From the sequence record PQ330092.1: 64,000 bases of DNA; one strand, 5' to 3'. The notes under the pieces were generated by a model, which made no database searches, was not told the origin of the DNA, and saw only the letters and a list, made by a program, of their open reading frames with translations. Shown piece after piece: positions 48,278 through 63,052 of this stretch. The stretch's first letter is position 1, and each line of letters begins with the position of its first letter. The translations under genes and the position numbers were made by a program.

Positions 48278-48967
48278 TTAAACCAATGCTGGGATGTATT
48301 GGAAAAGTTTAACACCGAAATCACCTGCTGCATCAGCAGATTGGGAACGTAGGTAAACTTCGGTAACACCATCTTTAGCAAGTAGTGGAACACCAGTTAG
48401 ATCATCAATTAGTAGACGGCCTTCTTCGGATTCAGTACTTGGTACACCTTGTGGTGATTTAAGATCTTTGTTAAAGACACCAGCACGTTCAACTAGGAAG
48501 GTAACAACAGAAGCATCAGCAATACTAACTGAACCTGCACTCAATACACCATCAGGTGCGTTGGTGAAACCAGTAACTGGAAATACTTCAAGACCATTAC
48601 CTGCGATGTTAGAGGTAGCGATGATAACCGCACGTTGTTGAACAACATCGACAATACGTTTAACGTTAGTTTGTGCTGCATAAGATGCATTGTAATCAGC
48701 TTCTAGTGTGCCAAGAACAAATGCAGTTCCATCAATACGTTTGATACCTTTATCATTTAGATATGCTAGAATTTCTTCTGGAATATCAGTGTTTAGAAAA
48801 CGTTGTAGACCAGCATAAGAAGAAACTGCACCAGTAACTAGAACGTTTACGTTTCCTAGCTTACTGATAGCAATGGATGCTAGGGCGTTAGTGCCACAAA
48901 AGTAACCTAGAATACGTTCAAAGGAATAACCATTGATACGTTCAAAAGAAGTATTAGTATATGACAT
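48278..48967 (-). CDS. Late-expressed putative virion protein, paralogue of the neighbour
   Basis: 229 aa; shares QQRAV and ER..VFNK motifs with 48982-49581. Confidence 0.6.
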   Translation of the reverse strand: MSYTNTSFERINGYSFERILGYFCGTNALASIAISKLGNVNVLVTGAVSSYAGLQRFLNTDIPEEILAYLNDKGIKRIDGTAFVLGTLEADYNASYAAQTNVKRIVDVVQQRAVIIATSNIAGNGLEVFPVTGFTNAPDGVLSAGSVSIADASVVTFLVERAGVFNKDLKSPQGVPSTESEEGRLLIDDLTGVPLLAKDGVTEVYLRSQSADAAGDFGVKLFQYIPALV

Positions 48968-48981
48968 AATCTATCCTCCTA

Positions 48982-49581
48982 TTATAGTTGAACAGGAAGA
49001 GCAGCACGTACTTTAATTGCTACAGCAGTAGATGCACCTGCATCACCAACACCATCAGTACCTTGACTTACGAAAGTTTTGGTACGGAAAACTTTAGCTT
49101 GAGCGATAGACTTAGCTAGGTCAACAGTTGGATCAACTGGAGCAGGACATGCTGAACCAGGACGAACTTCTTGCTTGTTAAATACGTCTTGACGTTCACA
49201 GATGAAAGTCAATGCAACAGAATTAGCACCACCTGCTACATCAGCACCACTAGTGCCGAACGCAACTACGTTTGGATTAGCATTTTTGAAATCAGCAGGA
49301 ATAACAACTTCTGAATCAAGAGCTAGTAGAGAGGTAGTAACTAGAACTGCACGTTGTTGTAGTAGTTGGGTAACCATGAATAGGTTATATTGAGCATTAC
49401 TTAGAGCAGTTTGATACGCTTCAGCTTGAACATCAGAACCGTCAGAAGTAACTTTGGTAGTACCTAGTTCAACATCAGTTGGTAGATCGATTACGATGGT
49501 AACGAAACCGTTATTACCACCCCACCATTCGCGAGCAACGCTAGACATACCATAGTTACGGTTAAAAGAATTAAGACTCAT
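48982..49581 (-). CDS. Late-expressed putative virion protein
   Basis: 199 aa; AAGGAG RBS; late promoter at 49628-49634. Confidence 0.6.
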   Translation of the reverse strand: MSLNSFNRNYGMSSVAREWWGGNNGFVTIVIDLPTDVELGTTKVTSDGSDVQAEAYQTALSNAQYNLFMVTQLLQQRAVLVTTSLLALDSEVVIPADFKNANPNVVAFGTSGADVAGGANSVALTFICERQDVFNKQEVRPGSACPAPVDPTVDLAKSIAQAKVFRTKTFVSQGTDGVGDAGASTAVAIKVRAALPVQL

Positions 49582-49627
49582 GAAAATCTCCTTGTCAAAT
49601 TTTGTGCAGGTATATCCTGCTTAAAGT

Positions 49628-49634
49628 TATTTAT
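49628..49634 (-). promoter_or_regulatory. Late promoter
   Basis: ATAAATA. Confidence 0.65.
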
Positions 49635-49704
49635 CAAAAAATATCACTAGCATTTAAATTTACTGAGATATTTAATGAATTTCTATGATATTATTTATCA
49701 AATC

Positions 49705-49733
49705 TGGGAAAGTGATTCAAGATGTGCTATAAT
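49705..49733 (+). promoter_or_regulatory. Putative middle-class promoter (RNase H)
   Basis: TGGGAAA-N16-TATAAT with extended -10 TG. Confidence 0.7.
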
Positions 49734-49742
49734 TATCAATGA

Positions 49743-55000
<5,258 letters not shown>

Positions 55001-55010
55001 TTAAAAAATA

Positions 55011-55039
55011 TGGGACAGTATAAAAACCTGTGCTATAAT
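55011..55039 (+). promoter_or_regulatory. Putative middle-class promoter (ssb-uvsX-uvsY)
   Basis: TGGGACA-N16-TATAAT with extended -10 TG. Confidence 0.75.
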
Positions 55040-55126
55040 GTAAAACGTTGAAGGAACAATGAAGTTTCTGAAACATTGAAGCCAATTAACAAATAACAAA
55101 GAAACCCAAAATCAAGGAAGATATAT

Positions 55127-56179
55127 ATGAAATCTCTAGCTGAAATTCGTGCACACCTAAAAGCAGAACAAGAAAAAGCAGAAGCTCAAAAGAATGGTAC
55201 ATTTACTGGTGAGCGTAAAGCTGATTCGTTCTTAGCTTTCTGGAACGTACCTTATAACGAACCACTAAACCTACGTTTTCTACCAGATGCAGATGAGTCT
55301 AACCCATTCTTCTGGCGTGAACGTGACATGATTAACCTAACTTTCAATGGTGTAGTCGGTATGCACACTGATAAAGTTACCGTTCAAGTACCTTGTAACG
55401 AAATGTGGGTTCCTAAATCCTGTCCGGTTCTGAAAGAAGTACGTCAATGGTTCCAAAGTGCGAATGAAACAGGGAACGAAGAACTAAAAGCAATGGCTGG
55501 TCGTTACTGGAAGAAGAAAACCTATCTAATGCAATGTTTTATTGCTCCTGATAGCGTTGCAGTAAAAGACGACATTGCACCAGAAAATCCAATTCGTCGT
55601 ATTCTGGCTAACAAAGATATCTTTGATAAAGTTAAATCCATCCTGCTAAACCCAGGCATCAAAGAGTCTCCAACTCACTACGTTCAAGGTCGTGATTTTG
55701 GTATTGTTAAAACTAAGAATGGTGGTGGTTATAATAGCTACGACATGTCTCAATTCTCCATGTCTGAGCGTCCACTAAACGAAGAAGAACTAGCAGCAAT
55801 TGAAAAATATGGCCTATACAATCTAAATGATTTTATGCCAAAACAACCAACTCCAGAAGAGTTGAAAGCAATTGAAGAAATGTTCGAAGCATCAGTAAAT
55901 GGTGAAGCATATGATCCAGCACGTTGGGCATTTGCATATCGTCCAGCAGGTGTACCAAAACCTAACTCTGGAACTGTTACTGAATCAAAACCAACTCCTG
56001 CTCCAGTACAACAAGAGTCAGCACCTGCACCAGTAGCACCTACTGCTCCAGTTACACCAGCCCCACAAGCTGCTCCAGTAACTCCAGTCGCTACCCCAGC
56101 AGCAACCACTCCTGAAGCACCAAAAGAACAACTATCTGCATCTGCACTAGTTGCTCGTTTGAAACAACAAGGTAAGTAA
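55127..56179 (+). CDS. gp32: Single-stranded DNA-binding protein, gp32-like
   Basis: LRFLPD...PFFW...PC.E......CPV...W......YWKK..Y...GRDF...Y..S.F. Confidence 0.85.
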   Translation: MKSLAEIRAHLKAEQEKAEAQKNGTFTGERKADSFLAFWNVPYNEPLNLRFLPDADESNPFFWRERDMINLTFNGVVGMHTDKVTVQVPCNEMWVPKSCPVLKEVRQWFQSANETGNEELKAMAGRYWKKKTYLMQCFIAPDSVAVKDDIAPENPIRRILANKDIFDKVKSILLNPGIKESPTHYVQGRDFGIVKTKNGGGYNSYDMSQFSMSERPLNEEELAAIEKYGLYNLNDFMPKQPTPEELKAIEEMFEASVNGEAYDPARWAFAYRPAGVPKPNSGTVTESKPTPAPVQQESAPAPVAPTAPVTPAPQAAPVTPVATPAATTPEAPKEQLSASALVARLKQQGK

Positions 56180-56197
56180 TAGTTTTTGAAAAGTTAA

Positions 56198-56223
56198 GGG
56201 GCAACGGAGTTTGCCCCGTTTTA
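56198..56223 (+). terminator. Terminator-like hairpin after ssb
   Basis: GGGGCAA-CGGAGT-TTGCCCC-GTTTT. Confidence 0.65.
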
Positions 56224-56248
56224 TTTCATAAAATTCAAGGAGCGAATT

Positions 56249-57367
56249 ATGAAAATGACAAGTGGTTTTGCGAACATTCTTAAAAACAGTACTGGTAGTG
56301 TTAAAAAGAATACTGGTGTTAGTGTTGGTTTTCATGATCCAGATACATGGGTTAGTACTGGTAACTATGCACTAAATTATCGCATCAGTGGCTATTTTGA
56401 CCGTGGTATCCCACTAGGCAAAGTAACGATGTTTGCTGGTGAATCAGGTAGTGGTAAATCTTTTATCGTATCTGGTAATATTGCACGTGAAGCTCAAAAA
56501 CAAGGCATCTTTGTTGTTATGATTGACTCAGAGAACGCATTGGATTCAGATTGGCTTCAAGCACTTGGTGTTGACACTTCTGAAGAAAAACTTTTGAAAG
56601 TCAATATGGGTATGATTGGTGACGTTGCAAAATTCACCTATGAGTTCATTGAAGGATATCGTAAAGAATACGAAAATACACCTAAAGATGAACGTCAAAA
56701 AGTATTGTTTATTATTGATTCAATTGGTATGCTAAACACTGAAGTAGCCAATGATCAAATGAAAGCGGGTAACCTTAAAGGTGACATGGGTCATAAACCC
56801 AAACAGCTTAAAGCATATATCACAAACTGTGTAAACTCTATTGGTTCATTGAACATTGGTATGGTTTGCGTTAACCACAGTTATGAATCTCAGGACATGT
56901 TTAACCCAGATCCTAAAGTTTCAGGTGGTAGTGGCTTGATTTATGCTTCATCTATGGTTATCGCAATGGGTAAATTAAAACTTAAAGAAGATGAAGACGG
57001 AAATAAAACTTCCGAAGTAAATGGTATTCGTGCTAAATGTAAAGTCATGAAGACTCGTTACAACAAGCCGTTCGAAGATGTAGAAATTAAAATTCCTTGG
57101 GATAAAGGTATGGACCCACGTAGTGGTCTACTAGATATGTTTGAAAAATACGGTCTAATCACTAAATCAGGTAACCGTCTATTGTATGTTGATATTGTAA
57201 CTGGCGAACAGATTCTAAAATATCGCAAAGAGTGGATGCGTAATGAAGATTCATGTCTTGATTTGGTAATGCATCAATTTAAAAATCATCCTTTGATTGA
57301 AGAAGTTAAAGAAGAAGAAAAAGGTGATGAAACTTTTGGTACTGATGTGGATATTAGTGAGGAATAA
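56249..57367 (+). CDS. uvsX: RecA-like recombinase
   Basis: STGNYALN, GESGSGKS, IDSENA, IIDSIG, KVSGGSG. Confidence 0.93.
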   Translation: MKMTSGFANILKNSTGSVKKNTGVSVGFHDPDTWVSTGNYALNYRISGYFDRGIPLGKVTMFAGESGSGKSFIVSGNIAREAQKQGIFVVMIDSENALDSDWLQALGVDTSEEKLLKVNMGMIGDVAKFTYEFIEGYRKEYENTPKDERQKVLFIIDSIGMLNTEVANDQMKAGNLKGDMGHKPKQLKAYITNCVNSIGSLNIGMVCVNHSYESQDMFNPDPKVSGGSGLIYASSMVIAMGKLKLKEDEDGNKTSEVNGIRAKCKVMKTRYNKPFEDVEIKIPWDKGMDPRSGLLDMFEKYGLITKSGNRLLYVDIVTGEQILKYRKEWMRNEDSCLDLVMHQFKNHPLIEEVKEEEKGDETFGTDVDISEE

Positions 57368-57828
57368 TGAAACCTTGGCATTGGATTATCAAAGATGATA
57401 AATCTAAAATTATTGAAATGATTGAGTTCTTTAACAAAGAAGTTGAAGAAGCTCGTCGTGAAGTAAAGAAGATTGGCATCATTGAAAAAATTGCTCAAGA
57501 GATTCCTGGCTGGCATGAGACGCGTCTAAGCCAGCTTCAAGAACTTGAAGCAGTATTGGAAATGTTAGAAATTGAAATGCGTCAGGTACAAGCCGAGAAG
57601 TTCAAATACTTTCTCGAAGGATACCGCCGTGCACTATCTTCATCTGACTGTAAAAAGTATGTTGAAGGTGATAAAGATGTTTGTGAGTTAGCAGAACTTA
57701 TAAACGAGGTATCTTATATAAGAAATACATATTCAAGTATTGTTAAATCCTTAGAGATGAAAGCTTTTCAGTTAAACAATATTGTGAGACTACGTGCCGC
57801 TGGTATTGAGGATGCACGTTTAGAATAA
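57367..57828 (+). CDS. uvsY: Recombination mediator, UvsY-like
   Basis: 153-aa helical protein after uvsX; KKYVEGD...K.LE.K.FQL.N. Confidence 0.7.
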   Translation: MKPWHWIIKDDKSKIIEMIEFFNKEVEEARREVKKIGIIEKIAQEIPGWHETRLSQLQELEAVLEMLEIEMRQVQAEKFKYFLEGYRRALSSSDCKKYVEGDKDVCELAELINEVSYIRNTYSSIVKSLEMKAFQLNNIVRLRAAGIEDARLE

Positions 57829-57836
57829 TTATCATT

Positions 57837-57860
57837 AAGGACGCATATCGCGTCCTTTTT
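57837..57860 (+). terminator. Terminator-like hairpin
   Basis: AAGGACGC-ATATC-GCGTCCTT-TTT. Confidence 0.65.
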
Positions 57861-57875
57861 CTATGCGAGAATAAA

Positions 57876-58694
57876 ATGACAAAATTAAATGAGTTTTTAT
57901 CAAATGTAGCAGTTCTAGATACTGAAACTACTGGGGTTGAGAGTGAAGATGATATTATTGAATTTAGTATCTCGTATCCACATACTTCACATGAAAACAT
58001 TGATACTATTGATAACTATACATTGAGATACAAACCCTTGAAAGATATTCCACCAGAGGCATCTGCTGTGCACTTTATCAGTACTGAGGATGTAGCTAAT
58101 TGTGTTGGGTATAAAGATGATTTAGATAACATTGATGCACTTATGGGATGCCGTAAGTATTTTGTTGGTCATAATGTACAATTTGACCGTAGAATGATGG
58201 TAGATAACGAATATAAATATCGTAACTCAATTTCACAGTACTTACTTGATGAAAATAAATGGATTTGTACCCTTCGTCTTGCTAAGAAAATGTTCGCAGA
58301 AGATATTGAATTTAAAAACTTAACTCTAAGTTATTTGTGGTATAAGTTTGGATGTTATCGTGATGTTCATCGACCTGTTAATGCACACGCAGCAAAAGAC
58401 GATGTGTTTATGTGTTATCAGGTTCTAATCAAATTAGTTGAAATTGCAATCGAACGTGGACATATCGAACCTAATGGTGATATTGGTGAGCAAATTGTAA
58501 CTTTCTGCAACACACCAATGCGTTATCAATTCATGCCATTTGGTAAACACAAAGGTGAGCCAATGAGTACAGTTCCATTGAATTACATTGAATGGATGAT
58601 TACTAATAGTGACATTTTAGATGCAAGTAACCCTAACTGTGATAAAGATTTAGTATATACATTTGAGTACGAATATAATACTCGAACTAATTAA
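57876..58694 (+). CDS. DEDDh 3'-5' exonuclease (DnaQ/ExoX-like)
   Basis: LDTETTG, HNVQFD, HAAKDDV; C-terminal MPFGKHKG...YIEW. Confidence 0.88.
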   Translation: MTKLNEFLSNVAVLDTETTGVESEDDIIEFSISYPHTSHENIDTIDNYTLRYKPLKDIPPEASAVHFISTEDVANCVGYKDDLDNIDALMGCRKYFVGHNVQFDRRMMVDNEYKYRNSISQYLLDENKWICTLRLAKKMFAEDIEFKNLTLSYLWYKFGCYRDVHRPVNAHAAKDDVFMCYQVLIKLVEIAIERGHIEPNGDIGEQIVTFCNTPMRYQFMPFGKHKGEPMSTVPLNYIEWMITNSDILDASNPNCDKDLVYTFEYEYNTRTN

Positions 58695-58709
58695 TAAAGG
58701 TAATCATGG

Positions 58710-60194
58710 ATGAAAACTTGTAAGTTAACCTTATTGGATGAGGTGAATTGTAAATTTGAGGGACTTGATCCCTCAATTAGACAAAAGATGATTCGTGCAA
58801 CTGAATATGTGTTACCATATGCAAAGTTCACACCAGCAGGACGTATTGGACGTTGGGATGGTAAAGTTCAGTTTATGAATTTAGGCGGGACAACTTATTA
58901 TCATATGTTAGATAAGTTATTGCCTATTCTTGATGAAGCTAAGATTGACATTGAATTAGTAGATCATAGGGTAGATTATGGATTTAAATTTGACCCCATT
59001 GATGAAGATATTTTTAGTGATGTTGTATTCGGTGCAGGACACCACATGGAAGGTAAATCCATAAAACTACGTGAACATCAAGTTAATGCGGTTAATGCAT
59101 GTTTGGCTAATCCACACGGACTGCTATTGGCAGCTACTGGTGCAGGTAAAACTCTCATTACTGCTGCATTGTCAAAGAAAGTGCAAGAGTATGGACGTTC
59201 TGTTATAATAGTACCAAGTACTGACTTAGTACAACAAACATATGATGACTACATTATGTGTGGGTTGGATACTGGTATGTTCTATGGTTCACAAAAAGAT
59301 TTTGGTCACCAACATACTATTACGACTTGGCAATCATTTAACTCTCTATGGAAGAAAACCAAGAAAGGTGAAATTGAATTAACTGAACAAGACGTGAATG
59401 ATTTTATCGATGGAGTAGTTTGTGTTATCGTTGATGAGTGTCAAGGTGCAGGCGGTGACGCATTAGTTCAAGTACTTTCTAAAGTTATGAATAACGTACC
59501 ATTACGTTGGGGTCTTACTGGAACAATTCCTAAAGATCCGGTAGTTGCCGCGAAAATCAAATGTAATGTTGGTGATGTTATATTTAAAATAACTGCAAAG
59601 GAATTACAAGATAAACAAATACTAAGTACATGTAATGTGAATTGCATCAAACTAAAAAGTAGTATGAAGTTTGCATCATATGCTGAAGAGTTGAAATACT
59701 TAGTAACTGACAGAGATAGGATGGCATATGTAGCGTCATTGATATCTGCGTTATCTGAATCAGGAAACACTTTAGTTTTAGTAGATAGACTTGAAGCAGG
59801 TGAGTTGCTATGTGAATTTTTAGGCATTCCCAAATCAGAATTCGTTCGTGGAGAAACTAAAAAGAAAGATCGAGAATCATCTTATGGTGAAATTCGTTGG
59901 GCTGATAATAAAATACTTATTGCGACATACGGCGTTGCCAGTACTGGTATTAGTATTTCAAGGTTATATAATGTAGTATTGATTGAGCCAGGAAAAAGTT
60001 TTGTAAGAACTATACAGTCAATTGGACGTGGATTACGCCGAGCAGAAGATAAAGACCACGTAGAAATATATGATATTAGTGGTTCTAATAAGTATAGTGC
60101 CAAGCATTTACGAGAACGTTTAGCTTACTATAAGGAAGCACAATATCCTCATAGTATAATAGATGTTAAAGATTGGGAAAACACAGCGGGATAA
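58710..60194 (+). CDS. uvsW: SF2 DNA helicase
   Basis: LREHQ, ATGAGKT, DECQ, GLTGT, QSIGRGLR. Confidence 0.9.
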   Translation: MKTCKLTLLDEVNCKFEGLDPSIRQKMIRATEYVLPYAKFTPAGRIGRWDGKVQFMNLGGTTYYHMLDKLLPILDEAKIDIELVDHRVDYGFKFDPIDEDIFSDVVFGAGHHMEGKSIKLREHQVNAVNACLANPHGLLLAATGAGKTLITAALSKKVQEYGRSVIIVPSTDLVQQTYDDYIMCGLDTGMFYGSQKDFGHQHTITTWQSFNSLWKKTKKGEIELTEQDVNDFIDGVVCVIVDECQGAGGDALVQVLSKVMNNVPLRWGLTGTIPKDPVVAAKIKCNVGDVIFKITAKELQDKQILSTCNVNCIKLKSSMKFASYAEELKYLVTDRDRMAYVASLISALSESGNTLVLVDRLEAGELLCEFLGIPKSEFVRGETKKKDRESSYGEIRWADNKILIATYGVASTGISISRLYNVVLIEPGKSFVRTIQSIGRGLRRAEDKDHVEIYDISGSNKYSAKHLRERLAYYKEAQYPHSIIDVKDWENTAG

Positions 60195-60215
60195 ACCCGC
60201 TGTTTGTGATATAAT
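60187..60215 (+). promoter_or_regulatory. Putative middle-class promoter overlapping a terminator-like hairpin (60183-60205)
   Basis: CGGGATA-N16-TATAAT with extended -10 TG; weakest match of the set. Confidence 0.55.
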
Positions 60216-60249
60216 GTGTCATATGACAACAACAAGGATGTAAAATAAA

Positions 60250-60678
60250 ATGGAATTGAGATCTAGTATTGCTTTTATTTGTGACCAAGAAACTTTAGAA
60301 GTTATGGATGTATTGTTGAACGATGATGGTATTATGGATGACATGGTATCTTCTCTTGACTATATACCTGAGCTAGAAACGGATGATACTAACGTATGGA
60401 GATGTAATATTGATAGTGATTCTTGGATTAATATCTATGAATTACAGACACGAATTGATTCTAAAGTAGAATCATTGAAATATGATATCATCTATGCAAG
60501 TACTGACACGAAAACTTTTATTGATGTAGTAAGTCTAAGTGGTAATTTTGATTCATATCTGGATACTGATGTAGATAAAATTCAAGAGATGTGTGAAACT
60601 TATGGACTTGAATTTTATGGCGTAGAAGACCAAGATGATGAAGAATATTATGATGACGAAGAAGATTCGCAGTACTAA
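60250..60678 (+). CDS. Acidic hypothetical protein
   Basis: 142 aa, AAGGA RBS. Confidence 0.7.
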   Translation: MELRSSIAFICDQETLEVMDVLLNDDGIMDDMVSSLDYIPELETDDTNVWRCNIDSDSWINIYELQTRIDSKVESLKYDIIYASTDTKTFIDVVSLSGNFDSYLDTDVDKIQEMCETYGLEFYGVEDQDDEEYYDDEEDSQY

Positions 60679-60687
60679 GGAGATGAC

Positions 60688-61185
60688 ATGAACGTATTAA
60701 CACCTGAAAATAATTCTTTTGACATGGATTTAGTAACAGAACATATCCCTGAAGAAATGTATTGTGTTTTGGATCTAAGCCCAAATGGTGAATCTGATTT
60801 TTATTTTAGACATATTCTAAACACCGTATCATTTAATAGTATTAGTGCTGATCTTCAAATTGGTGAAAAGATTATTCAAGTGCCTCTAGGATGGCAAATT
60901 ATGTTAGGTGATGAAGAAACTGGTATGGTTGAGATGTGTACAATTGAAAACATTCTTAACATGAAAGAACCAAAAGCTTTTGTTTACAATCCTATCCGTT
61001 CAATGTATCCTAAGTTTGAACCAGTCAAAGTACTACGTGTATTTGCATTAACTACAAAGTGGCAGATACCAATGTTACCTAAAAAGAATTTACTATGCGT
61101 CCCACTACATAGTGGTGAAAATCCACCATGTGTGTACTTTGCAGATGAAAACGAAAAAATTCAAGATTTGTATCTAGGAGTATAA
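60688..61185 (+). CDS. Hypothetical beta-rich protein
   Basis: 165 aa, AAGGAG RBS. Confidence 0.75.
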   Translation: MNVLTPENNSFDMDLVTEHIPEEMYCVLDLSPNGESDFYFRHILNTVSFNSISADLQIGEKIIQVPLGWQIMLGDEETGMVEMCTIENILNMKEPKAFVYNPIRSMYPKFEPVKVLRVFALTTKWQIPMLPKKNLLCVPLHSGENPPCVYFADENEKIQDLYLGV

Positions 61186-61189
61186 AATA

Positions 61190-62035
61190 GTGTTTGATTT
61201 CAGTGATATTAAAAATAAGTCGGTCGATGATGATGAAAAACCAACACAGCATTCTTTTTCTATTGCTGAATTTCTAAAACACATTGACCGTGCTGATTAT
61301 AAGTACTATAATGACATGACCGAAAAAGAACGAAAAGAGTTTACTCCATATACTGTTTTGCGATGGGTAAGCTCTTTAGATGATTCGTTACAAGTAACCT
61401 ACCCTAGTAGTAAAGTTGAAAGTGTATTTGGAAAATGGAAATCTGGTGGTAAAGAAGCACTGACTGAACTAGTTACTGAATTAAAGTCTTCAGGGACAAA
61501 TGTTTCATCAGTAACTAAGTACTGTCATAGTGATTATGATTGGCGTATTAAATTTGCAGTCCAATCAAAAGATGACGCACAAAAATTAATATCCTCAATG
61601 GTCGAATTTGGCGTATCAGGTTCCGAAATTGTTTCATTAGTAGATACTGAAGTTGTCAAATACCAACTTATTATGCTAAATGATATGGTTAATGATGGAT
61701 TTTGGGATATGAAAGAACATCCAGAATTAGTATATCAGCTTATGTGTTCAGTCCATGATATGATTGGTGGACAAGAAATGCCACGTAACTGGTTAAACTT
61801 TTCTAAGAATTTCAAAAAGGCAAATAACGAATTATTTGAGTTAATTAAAAGCTCACAACCTGATACTATATCTACTCAAATGAATGAAGATGAGTACAAA
61901 ATTGTTCTATTGCAGTATGATAAAAAAACATTTGAGACATTTCTTGACAATAATGGTTTTCAAGATAATGAAAAGAAATCTATGATGAAATTGTTTAAAG
62001 AAGAATGTAAAAAATATGGCAAAGAAATCAAGTAA
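61190..62035 (+). CDS. Possible clamp-loader small subunit (gp62-like)
   Basis: KEFTPYTVLRWVS...LNDMVN...HPELVYQL pattern; replication context; GTG start. Confidence 0.45.
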   Translation: MFDFSDIKNKSVDDDEKPTQHSFSIAEFLKHIDRADYKYYNDMTEKERKEFTPYTVLRWVSSLDDSLQVTYPSSKVESVFGKWKSGGKEALTELVTELKSSGTNVSSVTKYCHSDYDWRIKFAVQSKDDAQKLISSMVEFGVSGSEIVSLVDTEVVKYQLIMLNDMVNDGFWDMKEHPELVYQLMCSVHDMIGGQEMPRNWLNFSKNFKKANNELFELIKSSQPDTISTQMNEDEYKIVLLQYDKKTFETFLDNNGFQDNEKKSMMKLFKEECKKYGKEIK

Positions 62036-62726
62036 TAAAGTATATACCTGTAGATTTTGTGATCGTGAATTTAAACGTGAAGAAACTGTAAACACACATA
62101 AATGTATAAAACGTGACCGATACGAAGACCGCCAAAGCCGCCAGATGATGGAGGCTTTTCGTATATATATGCAATTTATGGAATTGAATAAGTTCCCATT
62201 TAAAAAAGGCGTAGAGCCTTTTATTGCTTTTATAAAGTCAAAGTACTTTAATGATTTTTATAGTTTTGCCGAATACTATTTGAATAATAGAGATATTATT
62301 AATGTGGACGAGTTTGTAAAGTACTTGATTATCAATAACAAACCAATCACGGAATGGAGTACATATAAAGCAAAAGATGAATGGATATTAAAAACAATTC
62401 GTGCCGAGCACCCAAAAGAAGCAATTGCAAGAAGTGTTATCTCACTGGTTGAATGGGCTGAAAATTTGAATGTACAATGGAATACTTTCTTTGAAAATGT
62501 AAGTTCTGCCCGTGCAATTGCATGGATTGAGAGTGGTAAAATTTCACCTTGGATTATCTGGCTTGCTCCTAAAAAAAGTACTAATAAGTTTTTTAAAAAA
62601 CTATCAAACTCAGAAATTGAATATATACTTAAATACATCGATCCAAGTTATTTTGAAATCAAAACTATAAAATACAAAAAGGATTGTGATGAAATTAAGA
62701 TTATGCTATGTGAGGCAGGATTATGA
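62016..62726 (+). CDS. Hypothetical protein with N-terminal zinc finger, possibly gp59-like helicase loader
   Basis: CRFC...HKC; GKISPWI near C-terminus; function weakly inferred. Confidence 0.4.
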   Translation: MAKKSSNKVYTCRFCDREFKREETVNTHKCIKRDRYEDRQSRQMMEAFRIYMQFMELNKFPFKKGVEPFIAFIKSKYFNDFYSFAEYYLNNRDIINVDEFVKYLIINNKPITEWSTYKAKDEWILKTIRAEHPKEAIARSVISLVEWAENLNVQWNTFFENVSSARAIAWIESGKISPWIIWLAPKKSTNKFFKKLSNSEIEYILKYIDPSYFEIKTIKYKKDCDEIKIMLCEAGL

Positions 62727-63052
62727 ATGGAAAAAGTATATATAATAAAATACCAGAAGGGTATGTACCTGTACCTAAAGAACAAAAATCAAAACAAATA
62801 TCTCTACTTAGACAAGGATCTATTACTGAAATAACTTTAGATGGTAAAACATTTCAAGTTCATGATCCTGCTCGTATTGAAAAAATTATTTCTTTGGTAG
62901 AAAGACACGAAGAACGCTTTTTCAGTTTAAGTCAAGAATTGGCAAAGACAAAACAAAATTGTAGATTATTAGAGAATCAAATATCAACTTTGACTAATAC
63001 AGTTAAACAGTTACAGGAGCAAATAAAAAATGCAGGATTCGACCGATTCTAA
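62723..63052 (+). CDS. Coiled-coil hypothetical protein
   Basis: 109 aa, ATGA overlap. Confidence 0.65.
   Translation: MNGKSIYNKIPEGYVPVPKEQKSKQISLLRQGSITEITLDGKTFQVHDPARIEKIISLVERHEERFFSLSQELAKTKQNCRLLENQISTLTNTVKQLQEQIKNAGFDRF

Noticed and set aside
59430-59445. DECQ instead of DExH in UvsW motif II
   Set aside because: All other helicase motifs are intact; a single substitution is not enough to claim altered function
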